Shown: piece after piece, positions 9,264 to 16,663 of the stretch
Position numbering within the stretch: the stretch's first letter is position 1
Layout: each line of letters begins with the position of its first letter
From: a virus
Length of the DNA: 36,042 nt
Virus genome (UHGV): UHGV-0206538
Direction: 5' to 3' (one strand)
Program-made: the position numbers and the translations under genes
Notes under the pieces: generated by a model
Database searches by the model: none
The model's input: only the letters and a program-made list of their open reading frames with translations
Told to the model about the DNA's origin: nothing

Positions 9264-10295
9264 TTATTGTGGTGGATGGCAAATGCCGCACGGTTCATAA
9301 ACTCCGCGTACCTCAGACAGATGTTTTTCTATCTTAGATTTCAAAGTTCTGCATCCAGCACTATGATACTTTGCCCCAGTGTTTGTTATATACACGATAG
9401 GATCATCTTGGCTTTGCTGTGCAGCCTGCTCTTGTGCTGCTTGCGCTGCAGCTTGCTCTTGTGCAATCCTTTCTTGTTCAGCAGCCGCTGCCGCAGCCTG
9501 TTCTTGCTCAATACGCACCTGTTCAGCTGCTTGAGCTTCCTGTTCCAACCTAATCCGTTCTTCTTCCTCGGCTTTTATTCTCGCTTCTTCTTCCGGATCT
9601 ATAACGGTAATAGTTTTCGCACTGCTTTTAACTTCTCCATTCGCCGTAAAAAATAGTGATGCATTCCCAGAACCCGTAAATGTAATGACGGCTTTTCCGT
9701 CCTTATATTCGAGATCTGCGATATTATTTTCGGATAATTCCAAACTTTCGATTTTTGCGTCCGACGGGCTTGGAGTAATTTTTACCTCCGTTACATCTCC
9801 GATATTAAATTCTTCTTTCCCCCACTCTGCAGATATAGAGTTCAATTCAGATGGAGATCCAAGCCATATAAAGATAATTAGAGATGTTGCAAACACAATC
9901 GAGCATATCACAGTATTCCTGATCCTGTATGGCCGGAATTTTTTGGATACAACACAGTATATCAATACCGGTATGGCTGGTATCCATAAAAAAGAATACA
10001 CTACAAGTGCAATAGAGAGCATTATCAGCAAGGCAATAACACTAAGACATCCACCACCACTTTTATTCGATGCTTTACTCATTGTTTTCCCCTTGTTTTC
10101 TTTAGTTTTTCCGTTTTTGGTTTCTGTGTAATACAGTCCGCTCCCTGGAATTCCAAAGCTTTTTGTCCGTTTTCCGTCAGAATTAACAGTGTAGTGTATT
10201 CCTTTTCCGCCAAACGTGAAGCTATGGCTATTCTTGTTAAGATTAAACTTTATACCGGGAGCAATTTTAAAACTTTTTCTAAAACGAAATCCCAT
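9264..10295 (-). CDS. DUF4236-domain membrane protein with an extracytoplasmic beta-rich region, an Ala/Gln/Glu-rich coiled coil and a C-terminal Cys motif (…GAKYHSAGCRTL…EPCGICHP)
   Basis: N-terminus MGFRFRKSFKIAPGIKFNLNKNS…FGGKG matches DUF4236. Two to three TM helices. Low-complexity DNA repeats at 9420-9560. Confidence 0.6.
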   Translation of the reverse strand: MGFRFRKSFKIAPGIKFNLNKNSHSFTFGGKGIHYTVNSDGKRTKSFGIPGSGLYYTETKNGKTKENKGKTMSKASNKSGGGCLSVIALLIMLSIALVVYSFLWIPAIPVLIYCVVSKKFRPYRIRNTVICSIVFATSLIIFIWLGSPSELNSISAEWGKEEFNIGDVTEVKITPSPSDAKIESLELSENNIADLEYKDGKAVITFTGSGNASLFFTANGEVKSSAKTITVIDPEEEARIKAEEEERIRLEQEAQAAEQVRIEQEQAAAAAAEQERIAQEQAAAQAAQEQAAQQSQDDPIVYITNTGAKYHSAGCRTLKSKIEKHLSEVRGVYEPCGICHPPQ

Positions 10296-10428
10296 TCCTT
10301 TCTTAATTCACCTTCTTCTTCTCTCCTGTACTTTTCCCACAATTTATATATAAACGCCGAAGCGGTTATATCATTACCATTATTTACCTGTAGTTTCCAG
10401 TTTTGGAATATACTACAATAATTACATT

Positions 10429-10626
10429 ATGAAGATACTACTCGATAAGATCATGCACGATAAAAACCTATCTACTCGGCAAGTATCCATTGCAACTGGA
10501 ATATCAAAATCAACGATTAACCGCATTGCAAATGGTAAAATATCGCCGACAGCTGACACGCTGGAATTGCTTGCCAAGGACTTAAAAGTCCGAATTTCCG
10601 ACCTTATCGACTCTCCATATCAATAA
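10429..10626 (+). CDS. XRE-family helix-turn-helix transcriptional regulator (65 aa)
   Basis: …LSTRQVSIATGISKSTINRIANGKISPTADTLELLAKDL… is a classic HTH_3. No Shine-Dalgarno is visible, so possibly leaderless. Confidence 0.65.
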   Translation: MKILLDKIMHDKNLSTRQVSIATGISKSTINRIANGKISPTADTLELLAKDLKVRISDLIDSPYQ

Positions 10627-10731
10627 GTGTCCCACATCTGGGACGATTGTCCATTTTCGCGTAAGTTTCCCGAATTTTAACTGTTTATTTAATAGAGGGC
10701 AAAAACATTGCCACAAAATAACAGAACAAAT

Positions 10732-10793
10732 GTTCGAACAAAATATTGATTTTTGTTCCCTGAGATAGTATTATATGTTCAGGGATTTCGAAC
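10732..10793 (+). promoter_or_regulatory. Promoter TTGATT-17-TATTAT flanked by GTTCGAAC (10732-10739) and TTCGAAC (10787-10793) operator half-sites, plus a TCCCTGA/TCAGGGA inverted repeat around the -10
   Basis: Read directly; same TTCGAA motif family as in the repressor/cro intergenic region. Confidence 0.45.
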
Positions 10794-10823
10794 AAGTGTT
10801 TTTGCAGTTAGGGGGATCGCGAA

Positions 10824-10925
10824 ATGGATTACAAAAACAAGATTATCGAACTTATCAACGGTATAAGTAATACTGCAAAATTAGAGTATCTTTATTACGT
10901 GATAAGATCGTTTCTTAAAGGGTAG
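10824..10925 (+). CDS. Small ORF (33 aa, MDYKNKIIELINGISNTAKLEYLYYVIRSFLKG)
   Basis: RBS AGGGGGAT; driven by the operator-flanked promoter; convergent with the repressor gene. Confidence 0.3.
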   Translation: MDYKNKIIELINGISNTAKLEYLYYVIRSFLKG

Positions 10926-10945
10926 GCTATTGCTTACCCTTTTTA
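10916..10945. terminator. Bidirectional hairpin AAAGGGTA-ggctattgct-TACCCTTT between convergent genes
   Basis: Perfect 8-bp stem; T-run on + side (TTTT) and on - side. Confidence 0.45.
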
Positions 10946-11271
10946 GAAAGCGATTCGATAAGATGCTTTATGGCTTCCTTGTCGGATTCATCTAAAGAAT
11001 AGTAACAAGATATCATATTGATAATCTCTTGATCTTTCATTATTCGTCCAACTAATGTTCCACTTTCTTCTCTGGAATAATTTCCAAAAAAGTCGTTTGG
11101 TATCATTTCCAGCACTTCACATAATCTTTCTATAGTATCAGCGTCTGGTTTATTCTTATTATTTTCCCAATCGCTTATTGAATTATGTTTTGCACCTATT
11201 AAATTCGCAAGTTCTTTTTGAGTCATGTTTTTCTTTTTTCTGTATTCCTTTATTTTCTCTCCTAAACTCAT
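10927..11271 (-). CDS. CI-like phage repressor (XRE HTH plus a C-terminal oligomerisation/sensor domain). Start moved to ATG 11271 (RBS AAGGAGGA).
   Basis: MSLGEKIKEYRKKKNMTQKELANLIGAKHNSISDWENNKNKP… HTH_3. Divergent from the cro-like gene, with operators in between. Confidence 0.8.
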   Translation of the reverse strand: MSLGEKIKEYRKKKNMTQKELANLIGAKHNSISDWENNKNKPDADTIERLCEVLEMIPNDFFGNYSREESGTLVGRIMKDQEIINMISCYYSLDESDKEAIKHLIESLSKKGKQ

Positions 11272-11289
11272 TATGCTTCCTCCTTGCAT

Positions 11290-11430
11290 TTTCTATATTA
11301 ACACATAGAAATTATATTTTCAACAAAAAAAGTTCGAAAAAATCGAAATTTTAGTGTTGACATTCGAATATTTCGAAGTTATAATGAAATTAGTTCGAAC
11401 GAATCGAAAAATGAAAGAGGTGATTACGGA
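11290..11430. promoter_or_regulatory. Genetic-switch region. Rightward promoter TTGACA(11357-11362)-17-TATAAT(11380-11385). A leftward TTGAAA-17-TAATAT candidate. At least six TTCGAA / GTTCGAAC / TCGAA operator copies (11333, 11343, 11363, 11372, 11393, 11404).
   Basis: Read directly. Two TTCGAA copies lie in the spacer of the rightward promoter, the classic operator/promoter overlap. Confidence 0.75.
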
Positions 11431-11634
11431 ATGTGTGTAGGTGAAAGAATTAAAGCTTACATGGACGAAAAGGGAATTAAGCAGGTTTTTGTATCACGAA
11501 AAACAGGGATACCAAAAGAAAAACTTTGTTCATCATTAAATGGAAATAGGAAATTGCAATTTGAAGAATACGAGCTGATCTGTGGAGCGTTAGATGTAAA
11601 TACGGACAAGTTTATTAAACCGAAGAAATTGTAA
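11431..11634 (+). CDS. Cro-like XRE-family regulator (67 aa)
   Basis: HTH; RBS AAAGAGGTGA; first gene of the rightward early operon. Confidence 0.7.
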   Translation: MCVGERIKAYMDEKGIKQVFVSRKTGIPKEKLCSSLNGNRKLQFEEYELICGALDVNTDKFIKPKKL

Positions 11635-11645
11635 AGGAGAGCAAA

Positions 11646-12407
11646 ATGAACAATTTAACAGTATTTGAACAAAACGGTCAGCTACTCACCGACAGTAGAG
11701 AGGTAGCAATGATGGTAGGAAAAGACCATGCAAAACTCTTAAGAAATATAAGAGAGTATTGCAAACATTTGAACGAATCCAATTTTGGATTGGTTGATTT
11801 CTTCATCGAATCAGCTTACACGGATTCAAAGGGAGAAGTAAGACCATGTTACCTCTGCACAAAGAAAGGATGCGACATGATCGCCAACAAAATGACCGGA
11901 AAGAAAGGTGTCATTTTCACAGCTACATATATTGAAGCATTCGAGAAGATGAAAGACTTCATCGAAAAAGGGACGCAGTACGTAGGCATTCCGTTAAAAG
12001 AACAGGTGGAATCACTGGAAGTAGTAGCAAGCATGCTGAGAATGAACGATGCAAGCAAGTTGCTGATGCTGAAAGGCTTCTACGATTCTTACCATATTCC
12101 GACAGAGTTCTTGCCGAATTATGAGTTTAACGGCAATAGGGCAATGAAGTCACTCACAGCACTGCTGAAAGAAAATAATCTCGGAATCAGTGCGGTGCAG
12201 TTCAATAAGAAACTTTTATCTGCCGGAATCTTGGAAGAAAAGGAACGCCAGTCAAGTAAGGGAAGAGTAAAGAAGTTTAAATCACTGACAGAGAAAGGTT
12301 TGAAATACGGTGAAAATGCAGTCAGTCCTCATAATCAGAAAGAAGTGCAGCCGTTGTATTACAGTGACACGTTTAATGAACTGTTTGATATGGTGATGAC
12401 TAACTAG
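11646..12407 (+). CDS. rha: Phage regulatory protein Rha (antirepressor-type)
   Basis: MNNLTVFEQNGQLLTDSREVAMMVGKDHAKLLRNIREY… matches the Rha N-terminal domain. Confidence 0.8.
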   Translation: MNNLTVFEQNGQLLTDSREVAMMVGKDHAKLLRNIREYCKHLNESNFGLVDFFIESAYTDSKGEVRPCYLCTKKGCDMIANKMTGKKGVIFTATYIEAFEKMKDFIEKGTQYVGIPLKEQVESLEVVASMLRMNDASKLLMLKGFYDSYHIPTEFLPNYEFNGNRAMKSLTALLKENNLGISAVQFNKKLLSAGILEEKERQSSKGRVKKFKSLTEKGLKYGENAVSPHNQKEVQPLYYSDTFNELFDMVMTN

Positions 12408-12463
12408 GTCGTTCCAAGCCCGGAAGATGCAGAGGACAGAATATAAGGAAGGAGGAAAATGAT

Positions 12464-12667
12464 ATGTGGATTTCACGATGGTATTGGGAATCTCAAATAA
12501 GGCAGAGAGATGAGCTTGAAAGAAGAGTGAAGAGATTGGAACTTATTGTGTTGAAAGATGCGGAAAGCAAAATTGCCAACCTCAAAGATAAAGAGGTTGG
12601 CACGATAAAGAATGACGGAATATCAACTATTGAGGAAGTCGTTAATCAAAAATTTAACTCGGTTTGA
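12464..12667 (+). CDS. Small coiled-coil protein (67 aa)
   Basis: Very strong RBS AAGGAAGGAGGAAAA. The 3' end overlaps by 45 nt, convergently, with the minus-strand ORF at 12623. Confidence 0.5.
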   Translation: MWISRWYWESQIRQRDELERRVKRLELIVLKDAESKIANLKDKEVGTIKNDGISTIEEVVNQKFNSV

Positions 12668-13051
12668 TTTCTCTTCGACAAGATTGAATAAGCGAGTTAA
12701 TTGAATGTGATCATCAGTGATAGAGCTGTTTGTAATTTCGGTGGAGAAACGACTGCTATCATCCTGCATGCGTAAAGAAAATAGGCATTTATCTGGCGGA
12801 ATAGGACAAGGAATATTTTTATTATCGCGATAAGCGAGTAGCAGAATGTAACCATTTTTATATTTGGAAAAATAGCTGTAACGATTATCTAATTCGTGAA
12901 AGTCGTTAGAAGAATAAAACGGACAATTTTCTTCAATCGAAGTTGGCTTGTACAGATTATCCTTTTTGTCGATTACAGACCAATAAAGTTGTTCTGAATG
13001 TGTTTTCTCGAAAACTTTTTCGATAAATGTAGATATTTTTTCTCTTTCCAT
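12623..13051 (-). CDS. Hypothetical 142-aa soluble protein, distal gene of a minus-strand two-gene cassette
   Basis: No recognisable family. Opposite orientation to the surrounding early operon. Confidence 0.55.
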   Translation of the reverse strand: MEREKISTFIEKVFEKTHSEQLYWSVIDKKDNLYKPTSIEENCPFYSSNDFHELDNRYSYFSKYKNGYILLLAYRDNKNIPCPIPPDKCLFSLRMQDDSSRFSTEITNSSITDDHIQLTRLFNLVEEKSNRVKFLINDFLNS

Positions 13052-13055
13052 TTGT

Positions 13056-13442
13056 TTACTCCTTTTTATTTAAGCGTGCTATTAAAAAGTTGAGATCTTG
13101 CCGTATTTTTCTTTTGCTAGACTCGGTTATTTCGGATTTCAGAAGATGCAAACATCTATATAAATGGAATGAACAACGAATCGAAGATATTAACGAGTAT
13201 TTTATTTGAAATTCGTATATTTTGCTCTGCAATTTATCTTGGATGCTTAATGTAAACAATCCGTCGTCCCAAATGTTTTGCCGCAACGCAATGAGGGCAT
13301 AGAGCAACTCTTCTCGTTCATTTTTGTAAGATTCTCTCTGACTTTCGGCTTTTGCGTAAACTTTTTTCAGAATACCGATAGATAAGAAAAAGCTTATAAA
13401 TCCTAGGATGTCGCATATTCGACTAAAAGTAGTCCAAAACAT
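13056..13442 (-). CDS. Hypothetical 128-aa protein with an N-terminal transmembrane helix, proximal gene of the minus-strand cassette
   Basis: FWTTFSRICDILGFISFFLSIGIL TM segment followed by a helical cytoplasmic region. RBS AAAGGAGG. A 4-nt gap separates it from the downstream ORF. Confidence 0.55.
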   Translation of the reverse strand: MFWTTFSRICDILGFISFFLSIGILKKVYAKAESQRESYKNEREELLYALIALRQNIWDDGLFTLSIQDKLQSKIYEFQIKYSLISSIRCSFHLYRCLHLLKSEITESSKRKIRQDLNFLIARLNKKE

Positions 13443-13446
13443 AATT

Positions 13447-13497
13447 ATGGTAAACCTCCTTTAAATGGATTTTACCATGTTGCAACAAATAAAACAA
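13447..13497 (-). promoter_or_regulatory. Leftward promoter TTGTTT-17-TGgTAAAAT (extended -10) for the cassette, overlapped by the perfect inverted repeat ATGGTAAA(13447-13454)…TTTACCAT(13471-13478)
   Basis: Read directly on the minus strand; the repeat spans the -10 to RBS region. Confidence 0.45.
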
Positions 13498-13547
13498 TCC
13501 CGCCACGGAGGTTACGACGGCAATGAAAGAATAGGAGGTAAAAGGTA

Positions 13548-14321
13548 TTGAATGAATTATTTACAACCAACACAGACGGTAACGAACCAACCGTATCTGC
13601 CAGAGATCTTCATAAGGCTCTTGGGATCAGAAAAAGATTTTCCGAATGGTTCGAAAAGAATTCGCAAGGATTTATTGAGAATGAGGATTTCTCCAACCCG
13701 TACCTGAAAGTACGAGTTCAGATCGAGGGTGGAAGAGAAGTACAGAGAGAGGTTGAAGATTTTGATTTGTCAGTAGACATGGCAAAGCACATCTGCCTAA
13801 TGAGCAGAACTGACAAAGGGAGAGAATGCAGACAAAGATTAATTGACCTCGAGAAAGCATGGAACACACCGGAACAGGTAATGGCAAGAGCCTTAAAGAT
13901 GGCGGGAAAGACCATCGACAGCCTGAAAGACAGGTGTAAATTCCTCGGAGGACAGGTAGTGGAACAACAGAAGTTAATCGAGGAAATGACACCGAAAGCG
14001 AACTATGTTGACCATATTCTGGAATCAAAATCGTTGGTAGCGACTACGCAGATCGCAAAGGACTACGGAATGTCAGCGGTGCGATTTAACCGGATTCTGA
14101 ATGACATGAAAATTCAATACAAAGTCAATAAACAGTGGGTGCTCTACTCAAAATATCAGAATTGCGGCTATGTGCATAGTAAAACAATCGATATTACAAG
14201 GAGCAACGGAGATCCGGATGTAACAATGCAGACGCAGTGGACACAGAAAGGGCGCTTGTTTTTATACGAGGAGCTTAAGAAAAACGGCATCTATCCAGTA
14301 ATTGAGCAGAACGTAGCATAA
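13548..14321 (+). CDS. Phage antirepressor, AntA N-terminal domain plus KilAC C-terminal domain (TTG start)
   Basis: …TVSARDLHKALGIRKRFSEWFEKNSQGFIENEDF… (AntA) and …VATTQIAKDYGMSAVRFNRILNDMKIQ… (KilAC-like). Confidence 0.75.
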   Translation: MNELFTTNTDGNEPTVSARDLHKALGIRKRFSEWFEKNSQGFIENEDFSNPYLKVRVQIEGGREVQREVEDFDLSVDMAKHICLMSRTDKGRECRQRLIDLEKAWNTPEQVMARALKMAGKTIDSLKDRCKFLGGQVVEQQKLIEEMTPKANYVDHILESKSLVATTQIAKDYGMSAVRFNRILNDMKIQYKVNKQWVLYSKYQNCGYVHSKTIDITRSNGDPDVTMQTQWTQKGRLFLYEELKKNGIYPVIEQNVA

Positions 14322-14332
14322 GGAGGGTACAC

Positions 14333-14491
14333 ATGAGCGAGAAAGAGAAAGAAATCATCAGAAAAGTGGCGCAAGCACTGCCGGATATGTCGGACATGAA
14401 TAAAGGGTATTTTCTCGGCTTTGCGGAGGCTATGGCTTCGCAGAAGAGTCAGAAAAAGGAAGAAGAAAAGGAGGGAAAAGAGAATGCATAG
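14333..14491 (+). CDS. Small hypothetical protein (52 aa, MSEKEKEIIRKVAQALPDMSDMNKGYFLGFAEAMASQKSQKKEEEKEGKENA)
   Basis: RBS AAGGAGGG; overlaps next gene start by 8 nt. Confidence 0.4.
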   Translation: MSEKEKEIIRKVAQALPDMSDMNKGYFLGFAEAMASQKSQKKEEEKEGKENA

Positions 14492-14879
14492 CATCGTAAA
14501 AATCGACAATGGAGTAATTTTGGACGGAAAGAAACTCAACTGTGTAAGGGCTTACGAGCTAAAACAGGCAGAGGGAGAAGACTTAGCGGAGCTTTCGGTA
14601 AAAATGGATGTCCGTATTCGGGGTAAGGACGATAAGCCGTCCAATATCACAGTTGGAAGTATTGAGGCAGATCAACTGTCTGGACTTAGATATACGGATT
14701 TGCTCAGGGTGATGGAAAATGGAGCGTTATTTAAAGTGATCTATACAGAAGATGGAGTGTTGAAGAAAACCGATTTTATAAAAGGCAGTATTGAATCAAG
14801 AAACATCAAATGGCGCGGAAAAATCGTGAAAACGGTGAAAGTAGATCAAAGAGCCCTCGTAGTAGAATTGGAGGACTGA
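14484..14879 (+). CDS. Hypothetical protein (131 aa). Start at ATG 14484 (RBS AAGGAGGGAAAAG) rather than the track start at 14421.
   Basis: ORF track plus RBS. Confidence 0.5.
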   Translation: MHSIVKIDNGVILDGKKLNCVRAYELKQAEGEDLAELSVKMDVRIRGKDDKPSNITVGSIEADQLSGLRYTDLLRVMENGALFKVIYTEDGVLKKTDFIKGSIESRNIKWRGKIVKTVKVDQRALVVELED

Positions 14880-14880
14880 C

Positions 14881-15066
14881 ATGGAAATTGTAATAGCAAG
14901 CGTTATCTGCTCGATCATGGTTTCTGCTGTTACAAGCATTATTATTACAAGAAAATACATGAGCGTTACTCAAAACGAGGTAGATAGGATGCTCAACATG
15001 AGTATTAAACTTGTCGAGGATGTTGCAAAAATGATGGCTGATAGATTTGGAACAGACCAGAAATAA
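14881..15066 (+). CDS. Small membrane protein (61 aa)
   Basis: N-terminal TM helix; tightly packed after the previous gene. Confidence 0.4.
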   Translation: MEIVIASVICSIMVSAVTSIIITRKYMSVTQNEVDRMLNMSIKLVEDVAKMMADRFGTDQK

Positions 15067-15127
15067 GAGTGGATGGACAACATATCTCGGACAATCCATC
15101 CAGCATACATAGTAGAGAGGTGATTTT

Positions 15128-15241
15128 ATGAAGCCAGATATGGAAAAAATCATGCAAGTGTTGATATCTCTTATTGAAGAACAGGAACATGTGAAAATTG
15201 ATTACACACTCGAAAAGAGGACAGAAGAGGAAACCGCCTAG
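15128..15241 (+). CDS. Small ORF (37 aa, MKPDMEKIMQVLISLIEEQEHVKIDYTLEKRTEEETA)
   Basis: RBS AGAGAGGTGA 5 nt upstream. Confidence 0.3.
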   Translation: MKPDMEKIMQVLISLIEEQEHVKIDYTLEKRTEEETA

Positions 15242-15263
15242 GCGGTAGAAGGGAGGACAAGCT

Positions 15264-15449
15264 ATGAAAAGGCTAACAGTAAACAAGATCGAGAAATTTA
15301 TCCAGACACTGGAATCCACAGAAAGGTTTGGTTGGTATTCTGAGGAGCAAAAGTTGCACGCAATCGCCTGTTTAAACAATTACTGCAGGGAACTGGAGTA
15401 TCAAGGAAGAAAATCCGTGAAATTAAAGGAGGAAGAACATGGAAATTAA
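15264..15449 (+). CDS. Hypothetical protein (61 aa)
   Basis: RBS AAGGGAGGA; ORF track. Confidence 0.4.
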   Translation: MKRLTVNKIEKFIQTLESTERFGWYSEEQKLHAIACLNNYCRELEYQGRKSVKLKEEEHGN

Positions 15450-15627
15450 AGGAACTTATCATTGCCAGACTACTCAACAGCCCAACGCTTTAAACAGTTG
15501 GGATATCCGGTCAGTCTCCGTAGAGCTGCCAGAAGAAAAGGACAAGCCTTACTGGATCAGAGCTGGAGTGGCAGTGATCGGGTTTATCTTGGTGCTACTG
15601 GCGTGGTACCTGGTGTTTGGGTATTAA
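15439..15627 (+). CDS. Small membrane protein (62 aa, C-terminal TM helix)
   Basis: …AGVAVIGFILVLLAWYLVFGY; RBS AAAGGAGGAAG. Confidence 0.4.
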   Translation: MEIKGTYHCQTTQQPNALNSWDIRSVSVELPEEKDKPYWIRAGVAVIGFILVLLAWYLVFGY

Positions 15628-15712
15628 AAAAGAGTGCTGTCACAGGGCGGCAACCCTCGAGCACTCAGGCAAAAAATCAAGAATATATTAACAGATTTTA
15701 GGAGGATAAGCA

Positions 15713-15868
15713 ATGGAAAATAAAGAAATCCCTGTAAACAGAGAGGAATATTCCCGTCTTTGCAGGCTGGACGGAAAGATGGATGCACTGATCGGATATT
15801 TGGCATTAAAAAATGATTATGTGGAAGCGCAGATTGTGAAAGCAATTATTGGCATGGAGGACGAATGA
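15713..15868 (+). CDS. Small ORF (51 aa, MENKEIPVNREEYSRLCRLDGKMDALIGYLALKNDYVEAQIVKAIIGMEDE)
   Basis: RBS TAGGAGGATAAG; stop overlaps next start (ATGA). Confidence 0.35.
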   Translation: MENKEIPVNREEYSRLCRLDGKMDALIGYLALKNDYVEAQIVKAIIGMEDE

Positions 15869-16050
15869 TGTATGTAGGTATCGGACCGGAGAAAGACATG
15901 GTAGTAACGGATGACCAAGCATTTGATTACGCACTGGAGAGATGCTTGCATGGAACACCAGATGACCAAAAAGAATTTAAAGAAATGCTGGTGGAATGGT
16001 TTTACTCCGGGAGTTGGGTAAAGGAAGAAAGCGAGGAAACCTATGCTTAA
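15865..16050 (+). CDS. Hypothetical protein (61 aa)
   Basis: ORF track; coupled to flanking genes. Confidence 0.4.
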   Translation: MMYVGIGPEKDMVVTDDQAFDYALERCLHGTPDDQKEFKEMLVEWFYSGSWVKEESEETYA

Positions 16051-16663
16051 AAGCTATGAAGAAATGAGGAAAGTAGATGTAAAACCATACCTCGAAAAAA
16101 GAGATGGTATGGACTATTTAAACTGGGCAATGTGCATTGATTTATTACATAAAAATGGGGCTGAAAATGTTTATTTTACTCCGATTCCAGACCCAGAAAC
16201 AGGAAGTAGCCTAAGGATGACAAAAGCGGTGTTTAAAGATAAAAACGGAGTTGAAAATAGATGTTACGAGACCAGAATCCGTGTTGTGATAGATGATCAA
16301 GTGTACGAGATGCAAACACCTGTGATGAATGGGGCAAACCCTGTAAAAGACAACTCTATGAGTCAGCAAAGAGTCTGGAACAGCATGTGCAGGGCGTTTG
16401 TGAAGTGCGTAGCAATACATACCGGCTTAGGGTTCGATTTGTGGCTTAAAGAGGAATACAACAAGATGTATGCTCAAATACCGGAAACGGGGGAAAACAG
16501 AGCGTCTGAAGCGAAAATCAAGACTCTCAAGAATCTATGCGTATCTCACGGTATCAATCTTGAACGCTGGTTGAGAGAAAACAATAGGACTGAGCAGACA
16601 CTTACCGAGACAGAAGCTGCAACAATGTTAAGCACAATAAAAAGGACTTACGGTGATGATTGA
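16043..16663 (+). CDS. Rad52-like single-strand annealing protein (Sak / DUF1071 family)
   Basis: …YLNWAMCIDLL… and …EMQTPVMNGANP… resemble DUF1071 signature blocks. Located in the recombination module before NinB and RusA. Confidence 0.5.
   Translation: MLKSYEEMRKVDVKPYLEKRDGMDYLNWAMCIDLLHKNGAENVYFTPIPDPETGSSLRMTKAVFKDKNGVENRCYETRIRVVIDDQVYEMQTPVMNGANPVKDNSMSQQRVWNSMCRAFVKCVAIHTGLGFDLWLKEEYNKMYAQIPETGENRASEAKIKTLKNLCVSHGINLERWLRENNRTEQTLTETEAATMLSTIKRTYGDD

Noticed and set aside
7694-9298. 534-aa version of the recombinase ORF with a 68-aa N-terminal extension
   Set aside because: The extension has no RBS and precedes the conserved resolvase N-terminus. ATG 9094 with AAGGAGAG 7 nt upstream gives the canonical start.
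9156-9656. 166-aa plus-strand ORF
   Set aside because: Antisense to the DUF4236 gene's low-complexity coiled-coil region; repeats generate long shadow frames.
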